A stretch of DNA of 64,000 bases from an uncultured Actinomycetota bacterium. Lineage in GTDB: Bacteria; Actinomycetota; Actinomycetes; JACCUZ01. This document shows, piece after piece, positions 29,545 through 39,325 of the stretch. A program made the translations under genes and the position numbers. Each line of letters begins with the position of its first letter. The stretch's first letter is position 1. Below the pieces are notes generated by a model. The model had not been told where the DNA came from. It saw nothing but the letters and a program-made list of their open reading frames with translations, and did not search any database. Location: positions 463,613-527,612 of the forward strand of contig CAVRTI010000022.1 of assembly GCA_963723975.1 (NCBI GenBank), written 5' to 3'.

Positions 29545-31976
29545 TTCGTGCTCCCATCTCGGCGGTGCAGCGTCGGGATCTCCCCGGCGACGTGGCGGCG
29601 GCGCAGCTCGAAGAGCTCGCTCGGTGAGATCGGCATCCTGGTGATCGGGAAGCCCTCGGCGTCCTCGATGGCGGCGGCGAACACCGCCGCGGACGGGATG
29701 ACGCCCGCCTCCCCGGCGCCCTTGATGCCGAGCGGGTTCAGCGGCGACGGCGTCTCGAGGTGGTCGATCTCGATGTGCGGCACCTCGGACGCGTAGGGCA
29801 TCAGGAAGTCCATGAACGAGGCGTTGAGCAGCTGGCCGTTCTCGTCGTAGACCATCCGCTCGTACAGCGCTCCCCCGACGCCCTGCGCCACGCCGCCGTG
29901 CACCTGGCCCTCGACGATCATCGGGTTGATCAGCGGCCCGCAGTCGTGCACGACGCAGTAGCGCAGCACGTGGATCTCGGCGGTCTCCGGGTCGGTCTCG
30001 ACGATCGCCACGTGCATGCCGTTGGCGAAGGTCGCCTGGGTGGGCGAGTAGTAGCCGGTGCCCTCGAGGCCGGGCTCCTCGCCGTCGGGCACCGGTGGCC
30101 CCGCGGAGTCGCCGGAGGCGAACTGGGTCGCCGCCTTGGACGCCTCGTCGAAGGCATACCGCAGCGGGTTCGACAGCACCGCGACCGTGGCCAGCGGGAT
30201 GGCCGCCCCGGGCGAGCCCTTGACCTGGACGACACCGTCGACGATCTCCAGGTCGCCGGGGTCGGCCTCCAGCGCGTCGCCGGCGATCCGCAGCGCCTTG
30301 GCCCGCACCGAGCGGGACGCCAGTGCGATCGCGTTGCCGCTCATGACCGCCGCGCGCGAGGCGAAGGTGCCGACCGCGTAGCCGAACCGCCGGGTGTCCC
30401 CGGTCACCACCTCGACGTCCTCGAACCGCACGCCGAGCTCGTCGGCGGCGATCTGGGCGAACGACGTGAAGTGACCCTGCCCCTGGGTCGTCAGCCCGGT
30501 GGCGACCTTGACCTTGCCGGACGTCTCGACCACGACGTGCGCGCCCTCGTAGGGCCCGACGCCGGTGCCCTCGACGTAGCAGGCGAGCCCGACCCCGACC
30601 CGGCGTCCGCTCGCCCGGGCCGCCTCGGCGTCGGCCAGCGCGGTGTCCCAGCCGACCAGGTCCTTGAGCTTCTGCAGCGACGCCGGGAAGTCGCCCGAGT
30701 CGTAGATCAGCGGCCGGCCGTCCTGGAAGGTCAGCTGGTGGTCGTAGGGCATCTCGTCCGGAGTGATGAAGTTGCGCAGCCGCACCTCCGCGCGGTCGAT
30801 GCCCAGCCGGTCCGCGATCGCGTCCATCGTGCGCTCCATCGCGAACACGCCCTGCGGCCGGCCGGCCCCGCGGTAGGGCGTGACGATCACGGTGTTCGTG
30901 TAGAGCGACCACCACTCGCAGCGGTAGGTGCCCGGCTTGTACGGGCCGAGCAGCTGGGTCGAGGTGATGATCGGCACGATGACGCCGTACGGCGTGTAGG
31001 CGCCGTTGTCGTGCCAGAACCGCACGTCCAGCGCGAGGATCCGGCCCTCGTCGTCGAACCCGACGGTGACCTCCTGCAGCTGCCCCCGCTCGTGCGCCGA
31101 GGACACGAAGTGCTCGCGCCGGTCCTCGACCCACTTCACCTCGGCGTCCAGCCGCCGGGCGGCCCAGGGCACCAGCACCTCCTCCGGCCAGGGGTGCACG
31201 ATCTTCACGCCGAAGCCGCCGCCGACCATCGGCGCGACGCACTCGACCTTGCCCAGCGGCAGGCCGAGCTTCGCGGCGACGGCAGCCCGGACGCTGGTGG
31301 AGGTCTGGGTCGACGAGTGGACCCGCATCGAGCCGTCGGCGGCGTCCCAGCGGGCGTGCACGCCCTTGCCCTCCATCGGCATCGACGCGCTGCGCTCGAT
31401 GTCGAGGCTCAGCGACAGGGTGTGCGGCGCCCCGGCCATCGCGGCGTCGACGTCGCCGACCTCGTCCAGGTTGTGCGCGGCGACGTTGTCCGGCACGTCG
31501 TCGTGCACGGTGCGCTCGGCGCGGCGTGCGTTGTCCACCCCGACCACCGGTGGCAGGAAGTCGTAGGTGACGACGACCCGCTCGGCGGCGTCCTCGGCCA
31601 GGTAGCGGTCGCGGGCCACCACCATCACGACCGCCTCGCCGACGTGGTTGACCTCGTCGCGAGCCAGCGGGTAGCCGGTGCGCGGCGCGGTCAGCGACGG
31701 GTGCGGGATGAGCAGCGGCAGCGGCTCGGCCACCGCGCTGCCCTCGGTCTCGTCGGCCGCGGCGAGGTCGTCGTAGGTGTAGACCGCGACCAGACCGTCG
31801 ACCTCCAGCGCGCCGGTGACGTCGATGTCGGTGATCCGGGCGTGCGCGTGCGGGCTGCGCACGAAGGCCGCGGCGAGCGCGTCGTGGCCGAGGTCGTCCA
31901 GGAAGTGCGCCCCACCGGTGACCAGCTTCGCGTCCTCGACCCGCTGGACCGGCTCGCCGAACAGCTTGGTCGTCAT
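29541..31976 (-). CDS. Molybdopterin-binding large subunit of a xanthine dehydrogenase-family hydroxylase (form II CoxL-like)
   Basis: ATG 31976 (MTTKLFGEPVQRVED…) lies within ORF 29541..32183. The 811-aa product is intact, with active-site loop VTPYRGAGRPQG (YRGAGR at 30858-30875). Confidence 0.9.
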   Translation of the reverse strand: MTTKLFGEPVQRVEDAKLVTGGAHFLDDLGHDALAAAFVRSPHAHARITDIDVTGALEVDGLVAVYTYDDLAAADETEGSAVAEPLPLLIPHPSLTAPRTGYPLARDEVNHVGEAVVMVVARDRYLAEDAAERVVVTYDFLPPVVGVDNARRAERTVHDDVPDNVAAHNLDEVGDVDAAMAGAPHTLSLSLDIERSASMPMEGKGVHARWDAADGSMRVHSSTQTSTSVRAAVAAKLGLPLGKVECVAPMVGGGFGVKIVHPWPEEVLVPWAARRLDAEVKWVEDRREHFVSSAHERGQLQEVTVGFDDEGRILALDVRFWHDNGAYTPYGVIVPIITSTQLLGPYKPGTYRCEWWSLYTNTVIVTPYRGAGRPQGVFAMERTMDAIADRLGIDRAEVRLRNFITPDEMPYDHQLTFQDGRPLIYDSGDFPASLQKLKDLVGWDTALADAEAARASGRRVGVGLACYVEGTGVGPYEGAHVVVETSGKVKVATGLTTQGQGHFTSFAQIAADELGVRFEDVEVVTGDTRRFGYAVGTFASRAAVMSGNAIALASRSVRAKALRIAGDALEADPGDLEIVDGVVQVKGSPGAAIPLATVAVLSNPLRYAFDEASKAATQFASGDSAGPPVPDGEEPGLEGTGYYSPTQATFANGMHVAIVETDPETAEIHVLRYCVVHDCGPLINPMIVEGQVHGGVAQGVGGALYERMVYDENGQLLNASFMDFLMPYASEVPHIEIDHLETPSPLNPLGIKGAGEAGVIPSAAVFAAAIEDAEGFPITRMPISPSELFELRRRHVAGEIPTLHRRDGSTK

Positions 31977-32473
31977 CGGTCGACCTCGCCGCCGCGCTCG
32001 CGGGCGATCTCGGCGGCGCGCAGCACCGAGGCGACGATGTTCTGGTAGCCGGTGCACCGGCACAGGTTGCCGCTGACCGCCTCGCGGGCCTCCGCCTCGG
32101 TCGGGTCCGGGTTGTCGGCGACGTACGCGGCCACGGTGGTGAGGAAGCCGGGCGTGCAGAACCCGCACTGCAGCCCGTGGCACTCGCGGAAGGCCTGCTG
32201 CACCGGGTGCATGTCCTCCGGGGTGCCGAGCCCCTCGACGGTGGTCACCTCGTGGCCGTCGGCGGTGACCGCGAGCAGCAGGCAGGAGCGCACCGGCTCG
32301 CCGTCCAGCAGCACCGTGCAGGCACCGCAGACGCCGTGCTCGCAGCCCACGTGGGTGCCGGTCAGTCGCAGGTCGTGCCGCAGCACGTCGGAAAGCAGCC
32401 GGCGGGCCGGCACCCGGGCGTCCCGGGGCACGCCGTTGACGGTCAGCCGTACGTCGTGCAGCTCCTCGGTCAT
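31973..32473 (-). CDS. [2Fe-2S]-binding small subunit (CoxS-like)
   Basis: ATG 32473 (MTEELHDVRLTVNG…). The Cys clusters are GCEHGVCGACTV and CGFCTPG…CRCTGY. It has 4-nt overlaps with both neighbours. Confidence 0.9.
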   Translation of the reverse strand: MTEELHDVRLTVNGVPRDARVPARRLLSDVLRHDLRLTGTHVGCEHGVCGACTVLLDGEPVRSCLLLAVTADGHEVTTVEGLGTPEDMHPVQQAFRECHGLQCGFCTPGFLTTVAAYVADNPDPTEAEAREAVSGNLCRCTGYQNIVASVLRAAEIARERGGEVDR

Positions 32474-33333
32474 GCCACCGCCCTCCCTGCTGCCTCGGCG
32501 AGCGCCCGCGCGGTCAGCACCCGCACCAGGTGCCGCCGGTAGTCGGCGGACGCGTGGATGTCCGCCTCGGGGTCGGCCTGCTCCCCGGCCAGGTCGCCCG
32601 CGGCGGACCAGTCGGCCTGCGCCGGCGCCGCGCCGCGCACCGCCTCGGTGAGGTCGAGCACGAGCGGCGTCGGGGCGACCGACACGTACGCCGTCCGGGC
32701 CGAGGTGATGATGCCGTCCACCACGGTCACCACGGCGGCCAGACCGCACACCGCGTAGTCGCCGTGTCGCCGAGCCACCTCGACGAACGTCGTGCCGCTG
32801 CCGGCCGGGAAGGCCGGGAACCTGACCGACACGGCGAGCTCGCCCGGAACGAGGTCGGACTCCAGCGGCCCGGTGAAGAAGGCGTCGGCCGCGACGTCCC
32901 GTCGACCGTGCGCGCTGGCCACCTGCACGCTGCCGCCGGTCAGGGCGAGCACCGCGGTCATCTCCCCGCTCGGGTCGGCGTGCGCGATGCTGCCGACGGT
33001 GGTGCCCCGGTTGCGGATCACCGGGTGCGCCACCAGCCGCAGCGCGTGCCGCAGCAGCGGCTGCACGCCGTGCGCAGCCTCGTCGCGCTCGACCGCCGCG
33101 TGCCGGGCCAGCGCTCCGACGACCACCGCGCCGGCCTCGACCCGGACCGTGGCCAGCTCGGTCAACCGGTTGATGTCGACCAGGTGAGCCGGGGCGGCGA
33201 GGCGCATGTTGAGCATCGGCAGCAGGCTCTGCCCTCCGGCGAGCACCTTGCCGTCGCTGCCGACCCGGTCGAGCACAGCCAGCGCCTCGTCCAGCGACGA
33301 GGGCGCCGACCAGGCGAACGGCGACGGCTTCAC
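32470..33333 (-). CDS. FAD-binding medium subunit (CoxM-like)
   Basis: Intact 287-aa ORF with the motifs …KVLAGGQSLLPMLNMRLA… and …IRNRGTVGGSIAHADP-like (IRNRGTTVGSIAHADP). Confidence 0.9.
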   Translation of the reverse strand: MKPSPFAWSAPSSLDEALAVLDRVGSDGKVLAGGQSLLPMLNMRLAAPAHLVDINRLTELATVRVEAGAVVVGALARHAAVERDEAAHGVQPLLRHALRLVAHPVIRNRGTTVGSIAHADPSGEMTAVLALTGGSVQVASAHGRRDVAADAFFTGPLESDLVPGELAVSVRFPAFPAGSGTTFVEVARRHGDYAVCGLAAVVTVVDGIITSARTAYVSVAPTPLVLDLTEAVRGAAPAQADWSAAGDLAGEQADPEADIHASADYRRHLVRVLTARALAEAAGRAVA

Positions 33334-33374
33334 CTCACGGATCCTCTCTCACCGGGGCGTACGGGGACAGGCGA

Positions 33375-33414
33375 GGCCCTCGACGACCGTCTCTCGGACG
33401 TGTCGTCGAGGGCC
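33375..33414 (-). terminator. Strong stem-loop between the permease gene and the coxM-like gene (candidate terminator/attenuator; no clear U-tract)
   Basis: Perfect 13-bp arms GGCCCTCGACGAC (33375-33387) and GTCGTCGAGGGCC (33402-33414) flank a 14-nt loop. The structure lies 20 nt downstream of the permease stop at 33434. Confidence 0.4.
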
Positions 33415-33433
33415 TGCCGTCGGCCACCGGGGG

Positions 33434-34813
33434 CTAGGGGCTGGGCTCCCGGTTGTTGCCGTCGTCGTACGGCGCCGGCGAGTCCAGCGAGTCCTTCAGG
33501 TACGGCGGCGCCAGCCAGCGCAGCAGGTGGTAGCCGACGAGCAGCACGATCGTGCCCAGCGCGATGCCTTCGAGGGTGAAGTCGTCGCTGATCTGGTGGG
33601 CGACCGGACCGACGGCGAGGATGATGCCCGCGCCGATCGGCACCAGGTTGATCGGGTTCGCGAAGTCGACCCGGTTCTCGATCCAGATCTTCGCGCCGAG
33701 CAGGCCGATCATCCCGTAGAGCACGACGGTGATGCCGCCGAGCACCCCGCCCGGCGTGGCCGCGATGAGGGCACCGAACTTCGGGCACAGGCCGAACAGG
33801 ACGGCGACCACACCGGCGACGTAGTAGGCGGCCGTGGAGTAGATGCGGGTCGCGGCCATCACGCCGATGTTCTCGGCGTACGTCGTGGTCGGCGAACCAC
33901 CGACCGAGGTGGCGACCACGGTGCCGACACCGTCGGCGAAGATCGCCCGGCCGATCATCGGGTCGAGGTCGGTCTTGGTCATCGCGCCGACGGCCTTGAC
34001 GTGGCCGGTGTTCTCGGCGATCAGCGCGATCACGGCCGGCAGCACCAGCAGGATCGCGGAGAACTTGAAGTCCGGTGCTGTGAGGTCCGGGAAGCCGATC
34101 CAGTCGGCGTCCTTGACGTTGTCGAAGTTGACCCGGGGGTGGGTGTCGACCTCCCCTGCCCCGGCGTTGAACGACGTGATGTCGCCGGCCGTCTTGTCCA
34201 GCACCCACGACAGCGCGTAGCCGAAGACCAGGGCGAGCAGGATCGCGATGCGGCTCCAGAAGCCGCGCAGCAGCACGGTCATCAGGAACAGCGCGAACAT
34301 CGTGATCAGCGCGACCCAGCGGTCCTGCTGCCAGTAGATGTCGGCGACCACGAAGGCCAGCCCGAAGCCGATCAGCATGACCACGCCGCCGGTGACCACG
34401 GGCGGGAACACCCGGTGGATGACCGCCATGCCGAGGACGCTGATCGCGATGCCGGCAGCGGCGAGCACCAGACCGGCCACCAGGATGGCGCCGGTGACGA
34501 TCGAGTCGGCGTCCTGCGCCGCGCGGATCGCGAACACACCGCCGACGAAGGAGGCGCTCGTCCCCAGGTAGCTGGGCACCCGGTCCTGGGTGATGAGCAG
34601 GAACAGGATGGTGGCGACGCCGGACATCATGATCGCGAGGTTCGGGTCCAGCCCCATGACCAGCGGGAAGACGAACGTCGCACCGAACATCGCGATGACG
34701 TGCTGCGCGCCGATCCCGACGGTCCGGCTCCAGGAGAGCCTCTCGTCGGGCCGCACGACCTCACCGGGTGGCGGGGTCTTGCCGTCGTACACGACCTTCC
34801 ACTTGAACGCCAT
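33434..34813 (-). CDS. NCS2-family nucleobase (uracil/xanthine) permease
   Basis: ATG 34813 (MAFKWKVVYDG…) lies within ORF 33434..34846. The product has many TM segments and NCS2 blocks such as GAQHVIAMFGATFVFP and …IAENTGHVKAVGAMT…. Confidence 0.88.
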   Translation of the reverse strand: MAFKWKVVYDGKTPPPGEVVRPDERLSWSRTVGIGAQHVIAMFGATFVFPLVMGLDPNLAIMMSGVATILFLLITQDRVPSYLGTSASFVGGVFAIRAAQDADSIVTGAILVAGLVLAAAGIAISVLGMAVIHRVFPPVVTGGVVMLIGFGLAFVVADIYWQQDRWVALITMFALFLMTVLLRGFWSRIAILLALVFGYALSWVLDKTAGDITSFNAGAGEVDTHPRVNFDNVKDADWIGFPDLTAPDFKFSAILLVLPAVIALIAENTGHVKAVGAMTKTDLDPMIGRAIFADGVGTVVATSVGGSPTTTYAENIGVMAATRIYSTAAYYVAGVVAVLFGLCPKFGALIAATPGGVLGGITVVLYGMIGLLGAKIWIENRVDFANPINLVPIGAGIILAVGPVAHQISDDFTLEGIALGTIVLLVGYHLLRWLAPPYLKDSLDSPAPYDDGNNREPSP

Positions 34814-34984
34814 GACTGGCCTCCTCGTTGCGGTGACCCTCGTCACCCCGGTGCACAGGTTGACGTAAACGGAGGGTCAACGGTGGGAGGTCGCGATGAT
34901 TGGTTCGCACAACATCCGGATGCTCCCGTTGTGCCCCTCCGACAAGGTGTCCGCCCGGCGCGCGGACGCGTTACCGTCCGGGTC

Positions 34985-35718
34985 ATGCCCATGCTCGCCG
35001 GGGCGGCGTCGACCGCCCTCCGGGACGTCCTGTCCGGCCCGCCGCGCAGCGCCCGGGTGCTCGGGGTGCACCCGAGCTGCGTCTACCTGCTGGCCGGCTC
35101 CGAGCTGCTCGCGCTGGAGACCTCCGACGCCCTCGGCCTGCCCTGCGCGGTCCGGCTCGCCGCCGTCCGCGCCGACGGCCCGTTCGCCGGGGTACGCCGG
35201 GACGACGACGCCGAGGTCGGCGAAGGCCTTCTGCGGGCCGGCCCGGTGACGGTCCGGGTGGCCCGGTGGTGGGCACCCCGGGCGCCGCGGGCCGGCCGGT
35301 CCGCGGCCCGCACCGAGAGGCTGGCCGACCTGCTCGCCGGACACCCGGCGCCCGTGCCGGGTCGACGGCGGCGTCGGCGACCTGCTCGGCCTCGGGCCCG
35401 GCCTGACCCCCGCCGGCGACGACGTGCTGGCCGGTCTGCTGGTCGGGCTGCACCACCGCCCGGACCTGCGTGACCCGCTGGCCGAGGAGGTCGCCCGGCT
35501 GGCCCCGACCCGGACCACCGCGCTCAGTGCGGCGCTGCTCCGGCACGCCGCCGCCGGTCACGCCGCCCCCGTCGGTGACGTCGGTCGCCGACGCCTTGAC
35601 CGGCGCCGGCCAGGACGGCGACCTCGACGCGGCGCTGGGCCGGCTGCTGGCCGTCGGGGACACCTCCGGGACCGCGCTGGCGCACGGGCTGCTCCGTGCG
35701 GGGATGATCGCAGCATGA
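34985..35718 (+). CDS. DUF2877-domain protein (AllH/YlbF-like); frame changes ~35365 and ~35575
   Basis: Segments are MPMLAGAASTALRDVL…VYLLAGSELLALETSDA… (frame of ORF 33206..35473), …GLTPAGDDVLAGLLVGLHH… (ORF 35424 frame) and …GDTSGTALAHGLL… (ORF 35470..35718). Confidence 0.7.
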
Positions 35719-37221
35719 GCAGCAGCATCGACGTCATCGAGGTGCGCCGCGGCGCCTACCACGACTCGGTCACCCTGATGCAGGTCAGCCGGGACGTCGT
35801 CGCGGTCGACGGGGTGTCGGCCGCCCAGGTGGCGATGGGCACCGAGCTCAACCTCGACCTGCTGCGCGGCATGGGCTTCGACCCGCCGGACGCGGGGCCC
35901 AACGACCTGGTCGTGGCGGTCCGGGCCGCCGACGACGACGCGGTCGAGCGGGCGGTGGCCGCGATGGAGCAGGCGCTGGCCGCGGCGTCGGCCGGCGGGT
36001 CCGGCGGCGACGGGCTGGGCGGCAGCGAGCCGGCGCCGCGGACCGTGCGCTCGGCGGCCCGGCGTACCGGCGGGGCCGACCTCGCCCTGGTCTCCGTGCC
36101 CGGCCCGCACGCGTTCACCGAGGCGATGGACGCGCTCGGTGCCGGGCTGTCGGTGCTGGTGTTCAGCGACAACGTGCCGGTCGAGCAGGAGGTCCGGCTC
36201 AAGGACGAGGCCGCCGCCCGCGGCCTGCTGGTGATGGGGCCGGACTGCGGCACCGCGGTCGTCGGCGGGGTCGGGCTGGGCTTCGCCAACGCCGTCCGGC
36301 CGGGACCGGTCGGGCTGGTCGCGGCCAGCGGCACCGGCGCCCAGCAGCTGATGTGCATGCTGGACACCGCGAGCCGTCGGCGTCAGCCACTGCCTCGGGG
36401 TCGGCGGGCGCGACCTGTCCGCGGCGGTGGCCGGCCGCTCCACCCGGGCCGCGCTGGCGCTGCTGGACGACGACCCGGCGACCGAGCTGGTCGTGCTGGT
36501 CTCCAAGCCGCCGGACCCCGCCGTGGCCCGCGAGATCACGGCGTACGCCGAGTCGCTGGCCACCCCGGTGCTGCTCGCGCTGCTCGGCGAGGGCCAGGAC
36601 GACCTGACGACCGTCGCGCAACGGGCGGTCGCAGGCCGTCGGCGGGACCTGGGCCGAGCCGTGGTCCTGGGACGAGCAGCCGCGCGCCGGCCACGGCGGC
36701 GCGCTGCGCGGGCTGTTCGCCGGCGGCACCCTGTGCGACGAGGCGATGGTCATCGCCGCCGCGGCGCTCGGCGAGGTGCGCTCCAACATCCCGCTCCGGC
36801 CGGAGTGGGCGCTCGGCCCCGACCTGCGCGGCGACGGTGCACCTGATGGTCGACTTCGGCGACGACGCGCTGACCCAGGGCCGCGCGCACCCGATGATCG
36901 ACCAGCGCAGCCGGATCGAGCGGCTGGCCGTCGAGGCCGCCGACCCGACGTGCACGGTGCTGCTGCTCGACGTCGTGCTCGGGCACGCGGCGCACCCCGA
37001 CCCGGCCGCCGAGCTGGCACCGGCGATCGCTGCCGCCGTGGCGACCGCGCGCGACGCCGGCCGCGAGCTCGCCGTGGTGGTCTCGCTCTGCGCGAGCGCC
37101 GACGACCCGCAGGACCCGCGGAAGCAGGCCGAGGCGCTGCACGAGGCCGGCGCCTCGATCTTCCTGTCCAACGCGGCCGCCGCCCGGCACGCCGTCGACC
37201 TCGTGGGAGGCCGCCCGATGA
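35715..37221 (+). CDS. FdrA-family (acyl-CoA synthetase-like, AllF-like) protein; frame changes ~36370, ~36640, ~36838; 3' end uncertain
   Basis: ATG 35715 overlaps the previous stop (ATGA). Segments are MSSSIDVIEVRRGAYHDSVTLMQVS…MGPDCGTAVVGG…AASGTGAQQ, then …HCLGVGGRDLS… (ORF 36427 frame), …GGTLCDEAM… (ORF 36746 frame) and …DDALTQGRAHPMID… (back to the first frame). Confidence 0.75.
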
Positions 37222-38626
37222 AGACTGCTCGACGGTGCCCCCCGGGTCGTCGCGGTCGGCGCCCAGATGTTCTCCGACGCGCTCGCCGCGCAGGCGGTGC
37301 CGGTGACCCAGGTCGACTGGCGGCCGCCGCTGGGCGACGCCGGCACCGAGGCGCACCTGGCGCGGGTGCTGGCCGACCCGCGGCACGCCCCGGCCAACGC
37401 GACGGCCGTCGAGCGGCTGCTCTCCGCCGGCGCCGAGCTGGTCGACGTCGCCCGGCTGCCGAGGCGCTGGGCCTGGCCCGCGACGAGTTCCTGCACGCCG
37501 GGCCGCCGATCGGCTGGGACCGCGCGTCCGGGCCCGCTGCGCGGCGCGCTGATCGGGGCGATGCTCTACGAGGGGCTCGCCGACGTCGCCGGAGGAGGCC
37601 GAGGCGGCGCTGTCCCGACGGCGACGGGGTCTCGCTCGACCCGTGCCACCACCACCGCACGGTCGGCCCGATGGCCGGCGTGGTCACCCCGTCGATGTGG
37701 ATGTTCGAGCTGCGCGACCCGGTGCACGGCGGCACGGCGTGGTGCTCGCTCAACGAGGGGCTGGGCAAGGTGCTGCGCTACGGCGCCTACGGCCCCGAGG
37801 TCGTCGAGCGGCTGCGCTGGATGTCCGACGTGCTGGGGCCGCTGCTGCAGACGGCGGTGCGCGTCGCACGGTCCGCGTCGACGTGAAGGCCATCGCCACC
37901 CAGATGCTGCAGATGGGCGACGAGGGGCACAACCGCAACCGCGCCGGGACCCTGATGTTCCTGCGCGAGCTGCTGCCCGACCTGATCGCCTCCGGCGCGC
38001 CGACCGCGGACATCGCCGAGGCGGCGCGCTTCGTCGGCGGCAACGACCACTTCTTCCTCAACCTGGGCATGCCGGCCTGCAAGCTCGCCTGCGACGCGGC
38101 CCGCGACGTGCCCGGCTCGTCGCTGGTGGTGGCGATGGCGCGCAACGGCACCGACTTCGGCATCCAGGTCTCGGGCACCGGCGACCAGTGGTTCACCGGC
38201 CCGGCGAACACCCCGGAGGGGCTGTTCCTCGGCGCGTTCGGGCCCGAGGACGCCAACCCCGACATCGGCGACTCGGCCATCACCGAGACCGGCGGCATCG
38301 GCGGCTTCGCGATGGCCGCGGCGCCGGCGATCGTGAAGTTCGTGGGCGGCGAGGTGGCCGACGCGATCGAGGCGACCCGGCTGATGTACGAGATCACGCT
38401 GGCCGAGAGCCCGACGTACCAGGTGCCGGTGCTCGGCTTCCGCGGCACACCGACCGGCATCGACGCCACCCTGGTGACCCGGACCGGGATCCTGCCGCAC
38501 ATCAACACCGGCATGGCCGGCAAGGTCGCCGGCACCGGCCAGGTCGGCGCCGGGCTGGTCAACCCGCCGGCCGAGATCTTCCCGGCTGCGGTGGCCGCGC
38601 TGGCGGAGCTCGCCCCGCCGCTCTGA
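37218..38626 (+). CDS. DUF1116-domain protein (AllG/YlbE-like); at least 5 frame changes between 37224 and 37870
   Basis: ATG 37218. Segments include …VVAVGAQMFSDALAAQAV…, …DEFLHAGPPI…, …LDPCHHHRTVGPMAGVV… and a long intact end in ORF 37643..38626 (…MGDEGHNRNRAGT…NGTDFGIQVSG…). Confidence 0.75.
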
Positions 38627-38635
38627 CCGCTGAGG

Positions 38636-39301
38636 TCAGAACACCGCGACGACGACGGTGACGTTGTCGATGCCGCCGTTGTCGAGAGCGGCCTCGACCA
38701 GGCCGTCGCAGGCCTCCTGGGCATCACCGACGCCGAGCAGCGCGCCGATGCCTGTGTCGTCGACCATGTTGGTCAGCCCGTCGGTGCACAGCAGCAGCCG
38801 GGAGCCGGCCGGCGTCTCGAGCTCGGCGACGTCCGGCTCGACGCCGCGGTCCAGCCCGAGCGCCTGGGTGATGTAGCCGCCCATCCCGTGGTCCTGGGTC
38901 ACCTGCTCGAGCCGGCCGTCGGGGTCGCGCAGGTAGGCCCGGCTGTCGCCGACGTGCGCCACCCGTACGACGCCGTCACCGACCGTGGCGACCACGGCCG
39001 TGGTGGCCATCCCGGTGCGGTCCGGGTCCTCGTCGGCCGCGGCCCGCACGGCGTCGTGGGCGCGGTGCAGCGAGTCGACCAGGTCGTCGGCTGAGGCGGC
39101 TGCCTTCGCGACCGACGCCCGCATGCTCTCGACGGCGGTCGCGCTCGCGAGGTCGCCGGCGGGGTGCCCGCCGAGACCGTCGAAGACGGCGAGCACCCGT
39201 TCCTCGCCCGCGACGAGGAGCGCGTCCTCGTTGCGCGACCTGACGTGACCGACCTCGGTCCGGGCTGCCACCTGCACCCGCCCACCGTAGAGCCACCGCA
39301 T
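38636..39301 (-). CDS. PP2C-family Ser/Thr protein phosphatase
   Basis: ATG 39301 (MRWLYGG…) lies within ORF 38636..39553. Motifs are RSRNEDA, AVFDGLGGH, VAHVGDSRAY and LLLCTDGL…DNVTVVV. Confidence 0.85.
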   Translation of the reverse strand: MRWLYGGRVQVAARTEVGHVRSRNEDALLVAGEERVLAVFDGLGGHPAGDLASATAVESMRASVAKAAASADDLVDSLHRAHDAVRAAADEDPDRTGMATTAVVATVGDGVVRVAHVGDSRAYLRDPDGRLEQVTQDHGMGGYITQALGLDRGVEPDVAELETPAGSRLLLCTDGLTNMVDDTGIGALLGVGDAQEACDGLVEAALDNGGIDNVTVVVAVF

Positions 39302-39325
39302 CCCGGCTGAGACACTGGGCAGGAC

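Noticed and set aside
29541-31976. Annotating the large subunit as aerobic carbon monoxide dehydrogenase (CoxL).
   Set aside because: The active-site loop is …YRGAGR…, not the Cys-containing AYXCSFR loop of form I CODH. Only the generic molybdenum-hydroxylase call is supported.
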